This document shows, one piece after another, positions 38,241 through 50,558 of a stretch of 64,000 bases of DNA. Made by a program: the position numbers and the translations under genes. Origin of the DNA: Hypanus sabinus (Eukaryota); assembly GCF_030144855.1 (NCBI RefSeq), contig NC_082710.1:171802001-171866000 (forward strand), written 5' to 3'. The notes beneath the pieces were generated by a model that worked only from the letters and a program-made list of their open reading frames with translations, did no database searches and had not been told where the DNA came from. The stretch's first letter is position 1; each line of letters starts with the position of its first letter.

Positions 38241-39370
38241 TGTACACGGTGAGCATTAGGTGTGTAGAGCGCGCTGCCAGAATTGGAACGTAGGAGCAGG
38301 TATTTTAGGGATTCTTGGACAGTTCTATGATTAAAAGGAAATTAATGATGATGTGGGAGATTATTATATTGTTCTTGGAATACGTTAACAGGTTGGCACA
38401 TAATCGTGGGTCGAAGGTTTTGTACTGTGCTGTATTGTTCTTTGTTACTATAGAGGGAAAAAGGTTTGCGCTGTTGGCGAGAATATAGTTCGAAGAAAGT
38501 TTTGGTAACTTTTAATAAACATCTGAAGTGACATAGAATGCAATTTTAAAATTTAGGCATATAGCGCAGAGTAAACCCTTTCAGACTTTTAAGCATCGTA
38601 GCCCATCAACCCCCGATTAAACTTAGCCTAATGACGGGAAATTTACAAAGACAAATTAACCCTCCAATCGGTATCTGTATGGACTGTGGGAGGAAACGGG
38701 AGCACACGGAGAAATGCAACACATTCTACGGGGAGGACGTACAGACGCCTTATAGGGGACTTCGGAATTGAACACCGAACTCCGAGCCCTGAACTGTAAT
38801 AGCACAATGGTTAGTGCTAAGTTCTGTCGCCAATGGTATTCGGGGTTGTCCGTAAGTCATGGATAGGCCAACGCCACATTTTCTTAAAAAGTCAAATAGT
38901 GTGTCTATCGCAAATATATTTAGAAGAAAGCAGTGAAAGCAAATTCAAGGCCTTTTGTTTGAATGGCTGCTTTTATAGATATCAACTGCTACAGAGTTCA
39001 ATTTGAGTCTTCATAATGAATGTATGGATGATAACTTTTCTGATAATCAAATTAGGACTTTCCTATTTATAACGTATCCGTTGCGTAAATTCAGAGACGA
39101 TTGTCGTAATGCACGCCCTTGGGCCACAATTGTGGGAATGCAAAGTTGGTGCCGGAATGCATGGCAGCACTTGCGAGCTGTCTCCAGCACGCCACTGTGT
39201 GTGTTGTTAACACAAACGACGAATATCGCCGTTTGTTTTGATATACATGTAATGAATAAATATGAATGTGAATCTCATTGTATATGGTATCTTGTCAGTT
39301 TGCTTTTGTCAGTTGAATGTCCCCAGTGCAATTAGCCACGGTAGAGCACAACAACAAAAAGTCAGTACTC

Positions 39371-39450
39371 ATTGTGCAATGATAGTGTTAAGCAAACGCA
39401 TTTGTATGAAAAGCTGAACAGTTTGTGAACAGCGAGAGACACTATAAATA
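39371..39450 (+). promoter_or_regulatory. Candidate proximal promoter of gene B: C/EBP-like ATTGTGCAAT (39371-39380) and TATA box TATAAATA (39443-39450)
   Basis: Consensus matches 160-240 nt upstream of the leader ATG; function not shown. Confidence 0.4.
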
Positions 39451-39608
39451 GTTCCCCAACATAGACAGTAAGCACAAACATAGACACTATGTTATGACAA
39501 CATTTCCAGAGAAATGATCTGAGCTGGCTTGTCCCAAAAACGGGATCAATGAATCTGTACTAGCAAGCTATTGTTTTTTTGTCTTCACTTACAGGCAATC
39601 TTCGAAAA

Positions 39609-39648
39609 ATGATGTGGAATATGGTCGTTTGGTCAGCAGTGTTCTTCG
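39609..39648 (+). CDS. NCR3-like: Gene B leader exon: MMWNMVVWSAVFF(G)
   Basis: Strong acceptor ttgtttttttgtcttcacttacag| at 39594 (exon from 39595); AAAATGA start; G|GTAAGC phase-1 donor joins every V exon in frame. Length and layout resemble NKp30 exon 1 (MAWMLLLILIMVHPG). Confidence 0.8.
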
Positions 39649-39681
39649 GTAAGCAAGGCAAACTTAGAGATTCATATACCG

Positions 39682-39907
39682 NNNNNNNNNNNNNNNNNNN
39701 NNNNNNNNNNNNNNNNNNNNNNNNNNNNNNNNNNNNNNNNNNNNNNNNNNNNNNNNNNNNNNNNNNNNNNNNNNNNNNNNNNNNNNNNNNNNNNNNNNNN
39801 NNNNNNNNNNNNNNNNNNNNNNNNNNNNNNNNNNNNNNNNNNNNNNNNNNNNNNNNNNNNNNNNNNNNNNNNNNNNNNNNNNNNNNNNNNNNNNNNNNNN
39901 NNNNNNN
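39682..39907. other. Assembly gap (226 N)
   Basis: Run of N; paralogous units read ...taccggaacatggggtg..., so the true gap may be only a few nt. Confidence 1.
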
Positions 39908-41300
39908 ATGGGGTGAAGGCCTTGAAAGTGAGTACATATGTAGTGGGAACATTTCAATGATGGGACAAGTGTAGTTGAATGGTTGATGAGCCAGATGGTT
40001 GAGGGGTAAGAACTGGTCATGAAACTGGTGAAGTGGGTATGGAGGAACATTTACCTTCTTCCCGCTGGCAGCGTGGTGGAGGGTGCTTTCCTGCGACAGC
40101 GAATCGTGTACATGTGCTCAATCGTCGGGAGTGTTTTACCCGTGATTCACTGGGCCATATTGACTACTATTTGTAGGAATTTCCATTCAAGCGCATTGGT
40201 AGTTCCATCCTAGGCTGTGATTCAGCCAGTCAACGTACTTTCCACCAGATAACTACACAGGTTTGTCAAAGGTTTAGGTGCTTTGCCGAATCTTGGCAGA
40301 CTTCTAAGGCAGTAGAGGAGCTATTATGATTTCTCAGTAATGGGACTTACGTACCGGACCTAGGACAGAACCCCTGAACTTATAACACCGAGAAATCTAA
40401 AGTTGCTAACCCTCACTGCCACTGATCCTCCAATGAGTACAGGGTCATGGGCTTCCGGTTTCCTCCTCCTGAAATCAATAATTAGCTCATTGTTCTTGCG
40501 GTCATTGAGTGCGAGATTGTTGTTAGCAAAGTTGAATATGATATTGGTGCTGTGCTTCGCCGTATAGTCATGAATCTAAAGTCATTAGTGTAGGAGCTAA
40601 GCACACAGACTTGTGGTACACCTGTGTCGATAGGGATTGTTGTTGCCAATCCGAAATGACTGGGTTCTGCAAGTGAGGAAATCGAGGACCCATCTGCACC
40701 AACGAGGTATAGAGGCCAATGTCGTGAAGATTTTACATTAGATTTGAAGGGAGGTTAGTATTGAATGGCAAGGTGCAGTCGAGAAAGAACATTCTTGCTG
40801 TATGCATTTTGCTGTCCATATGTTCCAGGGTTGAGCGATGAGAGAATGAAATGGCATCTGCTGTAGACCTGTTGTGCAGGTAGGCAGAATGCAGCAGTTC
40901 CTAGTCACTTTTGAAGCCGGAGCGAATATGTTTCCTCACCAGCATCTCATGTAGGTGCTACTAGACGACAGTTATGGAGGCAGGCTACAAAGCTCTCCTT
41001 AGTCATCAGTATAACTGTATGCTGCTCGAAGAAGATGAGCACCTCAGACTGCAGAAATGAGGGGTTGAGTAACTGAGTAAATATACCAGGCAGATGATCA
41101 GCACAGGTCCTCATTATTCAGCCAGGTATCCACCTACGCCCGATGCTTTCCGTGGGTTCACCGTCCTGCAGAATGCTTTGAGGTCGGCCCCAGAGACTGA
41201 AATCACAGGGTCATCGGGACTGCTGGAAACTCATGAGGGTTCATCCATGCTTTGACGGTGAAAGAGAGCAAACAAGGAATTGCGCCCATCTGGCATCGAA
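39908..41300 (-). mobile_element. Rex1/Babar LINE RT fragment; paralogous copies at about 43260-43990, 47975-49380 and 51005-52460
   Basis: Minus ORFs such as 51685-52332 (RCVLSNCADHLPGIF...CFEQHTVILMTKK) and 48692-48997 (AYLHKNSTADAISL). Confidence 0.8.
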
Positions 41301-42308
41301 GCCCTGTTATCACCTATGTCATCCTGTTATCACCTATGTCCAGTTCTCCGACTCGTAGCAGAAAGCCATTTGAGAGCCTCGCACGACCACTGCCAATGGC
41401 AAATTGCACTGCGGGAAGCAAACGAAGGTAGGACGTGCGCCATATTTGGTAGGAACATACGGAGTGCTGCCGAGCAGAGGGTCCTTATGGCATAAGTGGT
41501 TAGAATCCTGAATGTGACAGCGTCCGATTATAGGGTGGATTTTGGGATGCTTTCCCTCATTATTGTGTCGTTCGTTATAACAGTTGTGTTGTCAGGTTAC
41601 AGCTATTTAAAACATTGTCAGCGGTTTTAGTCCCCAATTATAGGAAGAATGCGATTGAGTTTGATAGGATCCAGACAAAGCTGATTCAATTAGGAGGGAC
41701 AGAATGGTATATGGCAACAATTTTTATTACATGGATCGTGTGTTTGAGTTAAGTCAAGTCATTTATCTATGTGCACGTAGACCGTCAAACGAGGCAACTT
41801 TTCTCCGAACCAGGGTTGAAAGCACAGCAGTATACATAACACACACGCAATTAATATCTTACGGAAGCACAGATGGCATCTACAGGTGGACATAAAAAAA
41901 ACAAACTAAACTGTAGAAGTTCATTATTGTAAGGCACAGAGCAGATAAACCAGTGACATTATGAATGCGACGCGGCCGAGAGTTCTGAAGCCTAATGGCC
42001 CGTGGGAAGAAAATGATCCCGATTCTGAACGGTCTTTTTTATGCTTTGGAGTCTCCTGCCTAATGGTAGAAAGTCAAAGAGGATGCTGGATGGATGGATG
42101 GAATACTTAATAATAAGGAGAGTTGTGTACGCAGGCTCCTAACAGTAAGTACTCTGCGTACGCAGCGCTCCTGATACAATTCCTCTTTGGATGGTAGGGA
42201 AACTATGATGATCCATTCAGCAGTTCCCACATCTCATTTACCCACGTTCGGTCCAAAGGCTTCTATGTTCCATGGCTTTTATTGCTTCTATATGCTTTTT
42301 CCATTAAC

Positions 42309-42599
42309 AGTAGGGGAGATTCAAACCAGAGGACATGAGCTGAGAGTTAAGAGGCAGAAATTTAGTGGTAACACGAGGGGGGACATCTTTACTCAGAGAG
42401 TAGCAGCTGTGTGGAACGAGCTTCCAGTAGAAGTGGTAGAGACAGGTTCGATTTTGTCATTTAAAAAAAATTAGATGGGTATATGGACAGGAAAGGAATG
42501 GAGGGTTATGGGCTGATGCAGGTAGGTGGGACTAGGTGAGAGTAAGCTTTCGGCACGGACTAGAAGGGCCGTGATGGCCTATTTCCGTGCTGTAATTGT
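42309..42599 (+). mobile_element. 5'-truncated CR1 3' end just upstream of V1
   Basis: QTRGHELRV...FTQRVAAVWNELP motif and tail ccgtgctgtaattgt. Confidence 0.85.
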
Positions 42600-42663
42600 G
42601 CAACAGGTGGCTTTGAGTGTTGGGCCAAAAACAATGAGATAATGAGATTATTTCTGGTTACAG

Positions 42664-43005
42664 GAACTATAACAACTAACGGAATTATCAGACAATCGCC
42701 AGAGCAAATCACGATTACTGAAGGGGGAACGGCGCAGCTGAACTGTACTTACGTCAGTAATGTGAACGATACAAAGAAGCTGGTCGGAGCCTTTACCTGG
42801 TACAAAGACGAGGAACACCGTGTTGTTTCCAACAGGTCCAGCGGGTTTCATTGTCGGGTGAGGACCAGCAGCTCAGCGCACATTCTATGCCAATCTATAC
42901 AAATTGTCAGCGTCAGTATGAACGATACAGGGAAGTATTACTGCAGAGCACACCTTCTCGGGAAGGGAGTTTATCTTGGAAAAGGGACACAAGTGACAGT
43001 CACAC
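42664..43005 (+). CDS. NCR3-like: V1: VJ-type Ig V exon, NKp30-like, intact, with two extra Cys
   Basis: tttctggttacag| acceptor, C|GTAAGT donor, 342 nt, phase 1-1. QSPEQITITEGGTAQLNC, WYKD, DTGKYYC, LLGKGVYLGKGTQVTV resemble NKp30 (EGSSAFLPC, WFRD, VLGLGVGTGNGTRLVV). Confidence 0.9.
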
Positions 43006-45467
43006 GTAAGTTCGTCTTATATTGCATTTATATTCGACGTTCGTTGCGCACCTCTCAACTTCTGCAATAAAGTGTACAGTACCTCAGTGCAAATTTACAC
43101 AAAGAAATTGGGAATATCATTGACTTACTGATGGTGAAGTACATGTTGACAAAATAATGAAAGGTAAATTAACATTGCAATCGACATAATCAAGTTAATT
43201 TTTATCTGGGAGTGTTAACGCAACTGTTTGCAGGAAAACTCCCAGAATCAATCACACACCACCAATCCGATTGTTGCCAATTCGAAAGGACTGGGTTCTG
43301 CAAGTGGGGAAATCGAAGTCCCAATTGCACCAAGGAGGCAATGAGGCCAATGTCTTGAAGATTATTTATTAGTTTCTAACCTCCCTTTGAAGGGAAATTA
43401 GTATTGAATGGCGTGATGCAGTCGAGAAAGACTATTCTTGCTGTATGCATTCTGATGTCCATATGTTCCAGGGTTGAGTGAAGAGACAATGAAATGGCAT
43501 CTATTGTTACCTGTTGTGCAGGTAGGCAAAATGGAACAGTTCCTTATCGCTCCTGGGGTTGGAGTTGATATGTTTCCTCACCAGCCTCTCATGTAGGTGC
43601 TATTGGAGGACAGTTATGGAGGCAGGCTACAAAGCTCTTCTTAGTCATCAGTATAACTGTATGGTGCTCGAAGCAGATGAGTACCTCAGACTGCAGAAGT
43701 GAGTGGCTGAAGATCTGAGTAAATATTCTAGCCAGTTGATCAGCACAGGTCTTCATTGCTCAGCCAGGAATCCACTTACGCCCGATGCTTTCCCGTGGGT
43801 TCACCGTCCTGAAGAATGCTTTGAGGTCGGCCACAGAAACTGAAATCACAGGATCAACGGGAGCGCTGGAAATTCATGAGGGTTCATCCATGCTTTGACG
43901 GTGAAAGTGAGCATAGAAGGCATTGCGCCCATCTGGCAGCGAAGCCCTGTTGTCACTTGTGTCACCTGGTTTCACTTTGTAGGAGAATTTGGGATTCAAG
44001 TCCAAGCTGTCGAAGAAACTTCAACGAGTCAAGTGCAGTCAGGAATGTCCACTTCGACCGTAAGATGCCTTTCCAAGATCGTACCCGGATCTCTCGAGTC
44101 TTACTTGGCCGCCGGGCCTGAATGCCACTGATCTGGCTGTCAGCAGATTGTGGATTTTATGTTTCACGCAGGAATTCTGGTTAGGGAAGACACTGAAGGA
44201 CTTTGAGGGGACATCTCTTCTACAAACATATTACGTTAATTCAGATCACAGATGACTCATTAAACGATATCCAGTCCTCCGACTTGGAGCAGATAACCAT
44301 TTCTTTGCCTCCGACCTCCACTGGCAATGGCAAATTGCACTGCGGGAAGCAAACAAATGCAGGACGTACGCCATATTTGGTAGGAATCTACGGAGTGTTG
44401 CAGGGCTGAGGGACCTTATGACATAAGTGGTAGGATCCTGAAAATGGCCGCGTCAGACTAGAGGGTGGATTTTGGGATGCTTGCCCTCATTATCGTGTCG
44501 TTCGTTGTAACAGTTGTGTTGTCAGGTTACAGTTATTTAAAACATTGTTAGCGGTTTTAGTCCCCAATTAAAGGAAGAATGTCATTGAGTTGATAAAATG
44601 CAGACAAAGCTGATTCAGTTAGGAGGGAAAGACTGGTATCTGGCACCAATCTTTATTACATGGATGGTGTGTTTGAGTTAAGTCAATCATTTACCTATGT
44701 GCACGCAGACCGTCAAAGGAGACAACATTTCTCTGAACCAGGGTTGAAAGCACAGCAGTATACATAACACATACACGTAATATCTTATGAAAGTACAGAT
44801 AGCATCTACAGGTGGATTACACTTAAATAAACAAGCTAAAGTACAGAAATTGATTATTGTAAGACACAGAGCAGATAAACTAGTGACATTTTGAATACGA
44901 TTTGGCAGAGGCTTCAGAAGCTTAATGGCCCGAGGGAAGAAAATGTTTCCGATCCTGACGGCCTTTTTCTTATGCATTGGAGTCTCCTGCCTAATTGTAG
45001 AAAGTCATAGAGGATGCTGGATGTCCTAACTCTAAGGAGTCTGCGTACGCAGTGCTCTTGATACATTTTCTCGTTGGATGGTCGGAAGACTCCGATGATC
45101 CTCTCAGCAGTTCCCACAGTCCATTATGGAGATTTCCGGTCCGATGCTGGGCCGCTCCCATTCGAGATGGAGATACAACTAGTCAGTAAGGGAAACGATG
45201 ATATACCTTTATGGTAAGATTTAGGAACTTTTCAGTATCGAAAGGGGTCTTTTTCAGACATAGGACGGTTAGAAACTGGGGAGTACTGCCTGAAGAGGTG
45301 GTGGGGACAGGTACTTTAACAAGCATCCAATACTTTAATCGCCACATCATAGAAGTCTTTGGAACAAATGTAGGTAAATGAGTTCGGGGTAGCTAATTGC
45401 AACTGGTGCCTTTGACATGTTGGGCTGAAAGGAAGATATGAGATAATGAGATTATTTCTGGTTACAG

Positions 45468-45809
45468 GAACTACAAGGTCTAACGGAATAATCAAACCAT
45501 TGCCAGAGCAAATCACGATTACCGAAGGGGGCACAGCGCAGCTGAAGTGTACTTACATCAGTAAAATAAGCGATACAAAGAAGCCGGTCGGAACCTTTAC
45601 CTGGTACAAAGACGAGGAACACCGTATTGTTTCCAACAAGTCCAGCGGGTTTCATGGTCAGGTGAGGACCAGCAGTTCAACGCGCATTCTAAGCCAATCT
45701 ATACAAATTGTCAACGTCAGTATGAACGATACAGGGAAGTATTACTGCAGAGCACACCTTCTCGGGAAGGGAGTTTATCTTGGAAAAGGGACACAAGTGA
45801 CAGTCACAC
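45468..45809 (+). CDS. NCR3-like: V2: VJ-type Ig V exon, intact canonical C-W-C
   Basis: Same splice sites, 342 nt, open frame. Confidence 0.9.
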
Positions 45810-46726
45810 GTAAGTTCGTCTTATATTGCATTTATATCGACGTTCGTTGCGCATTTATCAACTTCTGCAATGAAGTGTATAGTACCTCAGTGCAAATTTA
45901 AACAAAGAAATTGGGAATATCATTGACGTACTGATGGTGAAGTACATGTTGACAAAATAATGAAAGGAAAATTAACATTGCTATCGACATAATCAAGTTA
46001 ATATTTATCGGGGAATTTTAATGCAATCTGTTTGCAGGAAAACTCCCAGAACCAGTCACACAACACCGGAAAGATATCAAATAATGCAATAAAGAATATA
46101 GGTGAATCAAATTAAGAAAATAGGTGGATTACACAATGTGGATTACAGGTGGATTACACATAAATAAACAAACTAAAGTGCAGAAGTTAATTATTGTAAG
46201 GCACAGAGCAGATAAACCAGTGACATTTTGAACGCGATGTGGCAGAGAGTTCAGAAGCCTTATGGCCCGTTGGAAGAAAATGTTTCCGATCCTTACCGGT
46301 CTTTTTTTATGCATCGGAGTCTCCTGCCTGATGGTAGAAAGTCATAGAGGGTGCTGGATGAATGGATTGAATACGTAATAATGAGATCTGTGTACGCAGG
46401 CTCCGAACACTAAGGACTCTGCGTACGCAGCGCTCCTGTTACATTTCCTCTTTGGATGATAGGGAGACCCCGATGATCCTCTCAGCCGTTCCCACAGTCG
46501 TTTATGGAGATTTCTGGTCCGATGCTCGGCCGATCCCATACGAGATAGAGATGCAACTAGTCAGTAAGGGAAACGATGTTGTACGTTTATGGCATGATTT
46601 AGGAAGTGTTCAGTATCTAAAGTGATGTTTTTCTGACAGAGAACGGTTAGAAACTGGAGAGTACTGCCTGAAGAGGTGGTGGAGATAGGTACTTTAAGAA
46701 GCATCCAATACTTTAATCGCCACAGC

Positions 46727-47044
46727 ATAACCATATAACCATATAACAATTACAGCACGGAAACAGGCCATCTCGGCCCTTCTAGTCCGTGCTGAACGCT
46801 TACGCTCACCTAGTCCCACCTACCTGCACTCAGCGCATAACCCTCCATTCCCATTCCTTTCCTCTCCATATACCTATCCAATTTGTTTTTAAATGACAAA
46901 ATTGAACCTGCCTCTACCCCTTCTACTGGAAGCTCGTTCCACACAGCTGCCACTCTCTGAGTAAAGAAGTTCCCCCTCGTGTTACCCCTAAACTTTTCTC
47001 CCTTAACTCTCAACTCATGTCCTCTTGTTTGAACGTCCCCTACT
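46727..47044 (-). mobile_element. 5'-truncated CR1 3' end upstream of V3, antisense, with (ATAACCAT)n-like tail
   Basis: Reverse complement closely matches 42309-42599. Confidence 0.85.
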
Positions 47045-47204
47045 CTCAATGGTAAAAGCTTATAGAAGCCATAGAAGCTATAGAACCTAGAAGCTTTTGG
47101 ACCAAATGTGGGTAAATGAGAGCAGCGTAGCTATGTGCGACTGTTGGCTTTGAATGTTGGGCCGAAAGGAAAATATGAGATAATGAAATTATTTCTGGTT
47201 ACAG

Positions 47205-47528
47205 GAAACATAACAACTAACGGAATTATCAAACAATCGCCAGAGCAAATCACGATTACTGAAGGGGGCACGGTGCAGCTGAAGTGTACTTACATCAGTA
47301 AAATAAACGATACAAAGAAGCCGGTCGGAGCCTTTACCTGGTACAAAGACGAGGACAGGTCCAGCAGGTTTCATGGTCGGGTGAGGACCAGCAGTTCAAC
47401 GCGCATTCTAAGCCAATCTATGCAAAGTGTCAACGTCAGTATGAACGATACAGGGAAGTATTACTGCACAGCACACCTTCTCGGGAAGGGAGTGTATCTT
47501 GGAAAAGGGACACAAGTGATAGTCACAC
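47205..47528 (+). CDS. NCR3-like: V3: VJ-type Ig V exon with an in-frame 18-nt deletion after WYKDE
   Basis: Intact AG/GT, 324 nt, both canonical Cys; WYKDEDRSS vs WYKDEEHRVVSNRSS. Confidence 0.88.
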
Positions 47529-50216
47529 GTAAGTTCGTCTTATATTGCATTTACATTCGACGTTCGTTGCGCATTTCTCAACTTCTGCAATAAAGTGTAC
47601 AGTACCTCAGTGCAAATTTAAACAAAGAAATTGGGAATATCATTGACGTACTGATGGTGAAGTACATGTTGACAAAATAATGAAAGGTAAATTAACATTG
47701 CAATCGACATAATCAAGTTAATTTTTATCTGGGAGTGTTAACGCAATCTGTTTGCAGGAAAACTCCCAGAATCAGTCACACAACACCAGAAAGATATCAA
47801 GTAAGCAGACAGGTGAAAATCTGGGATTGCTCAGCGTTATCTCGGAAACGGGTAGAAGTCAGTCATAAGTGAGCTTACATTATCTTACCTTCACATTCAA
47901 TGTTTTACCACCCTCATCAACATCTGCAAAGGAAAAAAAATGAAATCGTATTTAAGCGTCAGATCTTTAACGGGAATATGGGGTGAAGGCTTTGAACGTG
48001 AGTACATGTGTAGTGGGAACATTTCAATGATGGGACAAGTGTAGTTGAATGGTTGGAGAGCCAGATGGTTGAGGGGTAAGAACTGGTCATGAAACTGGTG
48101 ATGTGGGTACTGAGGCACATTTACCTTCTTCTCTCTGGCAGTGCGGTGGAGGATGTTGATGACGATGGATGCTGCTTTCCTGCGACAGCGAATCGTGTAC
48201 ATGTGCTCAATAGTCGGGAGTGTTTTACCCGTGATTCACTGGGCATATTGACTACTATTTGTAGGAATTTCCATTCAAGCGCATTGGTAGTTCCATCCCA
48301 GGCTGTGATTCAGCCAGTCAACGTACTTTCCACCACATAACTTCACAAGTTTGTCAAAGGTTTAGATGCTTTGTCGAATCTTGGCAAACTACTAAGGCAG
48401 TAGAGGTTCTACCATGCTTTCTTTGTAATGGGACTTTGTAATGGATCCATTGGGCCTAGGATAGAACCCCTGAACTAATAACATCAAGAAATTTAAAGCT
48501 GCCAACCCAAACTACTACCGATCCTCTGATGAGGACAGGGTCATGGACTTCCCGTTTTCTCCTCCTGAAATCAATAATGAGCTAATCGTTCTTTTGGTCA
48601 TTGAGTGCGAGGTTGTGCTAGCAAAGTTGAGTATGACATTGGTGCTGTGCTCTGCCTTATAGTCATCAATCTAAAGACATTAGTGTAGTAGCTAAGCACA
48701 CAGACTTTTGGTACACCTGTGTGGATAGAGATTGTGGAAATGCTGTTGCCAATCCGAAATGACTGGGTTCTGCAAGTGGGGAAATCGAGGACCCGATTGC
48801 ACCAACGAGGTATTGAGGCGAATGTCTTGAAGAATTTTCATTAGTGTTGAAGGGAGGTTAGTATTGAATGGCGAGTTGCAGTCGAGAATGAGCATTGTTG
48901 CTGTATGCATTCTGATTTCCATATGTTCCTGGGTTGAGCGAAGAGACAATGAAATGGCATCTGCTGTGGAATTCTTGTGCAGGTAGGCAGAATGCAACGG
49001 TTCCTAGTCGCTCCTGAGGTCGCAGTTGATAGATTTCCTCACCAGCCTCTCATGTAGGTGCTACTAGACGACTGTTATGGAGGCAGGCTACAAAGCTCTT
49101 CTTAGTCATCAGTATAACTGTATGCTGCTCGAAGCAGATGAGTAATTCAGACTGCAGAAGTGAGGGATTGAAGATCTGAGTAAATATTCCAGCCAGTTGA
49201 TCAGCACAGGTCTTCATTACTCAGCCAGGTATCCACCTACGCACGATGCTTTCCCGTGTGTTCACAGTCCTGAAGAATGCTTTCAGGTCGGTCCCAGAGA
49301 CTGAAATCACAGGGTCATCGGTAGTGCTGGAAACTCATGAGGGTTCATCCATGCTTTGACGGTGAAAGTGAGCATAGAAGGTGTGCGAGTTAAGTCAAGT
49401 CATCTACCTATGTGCACGTATTACCGTCCAACAAGACAACATTTCTCCGAACCAGGGTTGAAAGCATTGCAGTATGCATAACACACATACACATAATATC
49501 TTATGGAAGCACAGACGGCATCTACAGGTGGATTAGACATGAATAAAAAAAAACTAAAGTACAGAAATCGATTATTGTAAGGCACAGATCAGATGAACTC
49601 GTGACAGTTTGAATGTAATTTGGCAGACAGTCCAGAAAACTAATGGCCCGAGGGAAGAAAATGTTTCCGATCCTTACCGGTCTTTTTTTTTATGCATCGG
49701 AGTCTCCTGCCTAATGGTAGAAAGTGAAAGAGGATGCTGGATGAATGGATGGAATACTTAATAATAAGGAGCGCTGTGTACGCAGGCTCCTAACACTAAG
49801 GACGCTGAGTACTCAGCGCTCCTGATACATTTCCTCTCTGGATGGTAGGGAGACCCTAATGATCCTCTCAGCCGTTCCCATAGTCCATTATGGAGATTTC
49901 CGGTCCGATACTCCGCCGATCCCATGCGAGATGGAGATGCAACTAGTCAGAAAGGGAAACGATTATGTACCGTTATGGAAAGATTTAGGAAGTTTTCAGT
50001 ATCGAAAGACATGTTTTTCAGCAGAGGACGGCAAGAAACTGGAGAGTTGTTGGAGACAGGTACTTTAAGAAGCATCCAATACTTTAATCACCACAGCATA
50101 GAAGCCTTTGGACCAAATGTGTGTAAATGAGATCAGCGTAGCTAATTGCAACTGGTGGCTTAGACATGTTGGGCTGAAAGGAAGATATGAGACAATGAGA
50201 TTATTTCTGGTTACAC

Positions 50217-50558
50217 GAACTACAAGGACTAACGGAATATTCAAACAATCGCCAGAGCAAATCACGATTACTGAAGGGGGCACGGTGCAGCTGAAGTGTA
50301 CTTACATCAGTAAAGTGAACGATACAAAGAAGCCGGTCGGAGCCTTTACCTGGTACAAAGACGAGGAACACCGTGTTGTTTCCAACAGGTCCAGCGGGTT
50401 TCATTGTCGGGTGAGGACCAGCAGTTCAACGCACATTCTAAGCCAATCTATGCAAATTGTCAACGTCAGTATGAACGATACAGGGAAGTATTACTACAGA
50501 GCACAGCTTCTCGGGAAGGGAGTTTATCTTGGAAAAGGGACACAAGTGATAGTCACAC
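50217..50558 (+). pseudogene. NCR3-like: V4: pseudo-exon (acceptor AG>AC; F-strand Cys>Tyr)
   Basis: ttacac|gaac at 50215-50216 instead of ttacag|gaac; YYY (tac 50495-50497) instead of YYC; frame still open and donor intact. Confidence 0.85.

Noticed and set aside
39016-39072. Leader-like peptide MNVWMITFLIIKLGLSYL
   Set aside because: Ends in TAA before a weak donor; a much better leader exon exists at 39609-39648.
39682-39907. A sixth V exon hidden in the N gap
   Set aside because: The gap flanks (taccg / atggggtg) are nearly contiguous in units 4 and 5, so little sequence is probably missing. Not fully excluded without reads.
42642-43070. V ORFs as five stand-alone single-exon genes
   Set aside because: The ORF ends lie outside clear AG/GT splice sites, and the conserved Ig sequence stops exactly at GTAAGT.
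43084-43110. RSS-like CTCAGTG...ACAAAGAAA after each V exon, suggesting V(D)J rearrangement
   Set aside because: The heptamer lacks the required CAC, the spacer is 9 nt rather than 12 or 23, it lies about 80 nt into the intron, and the V exons already contain the J-like GxG strand.
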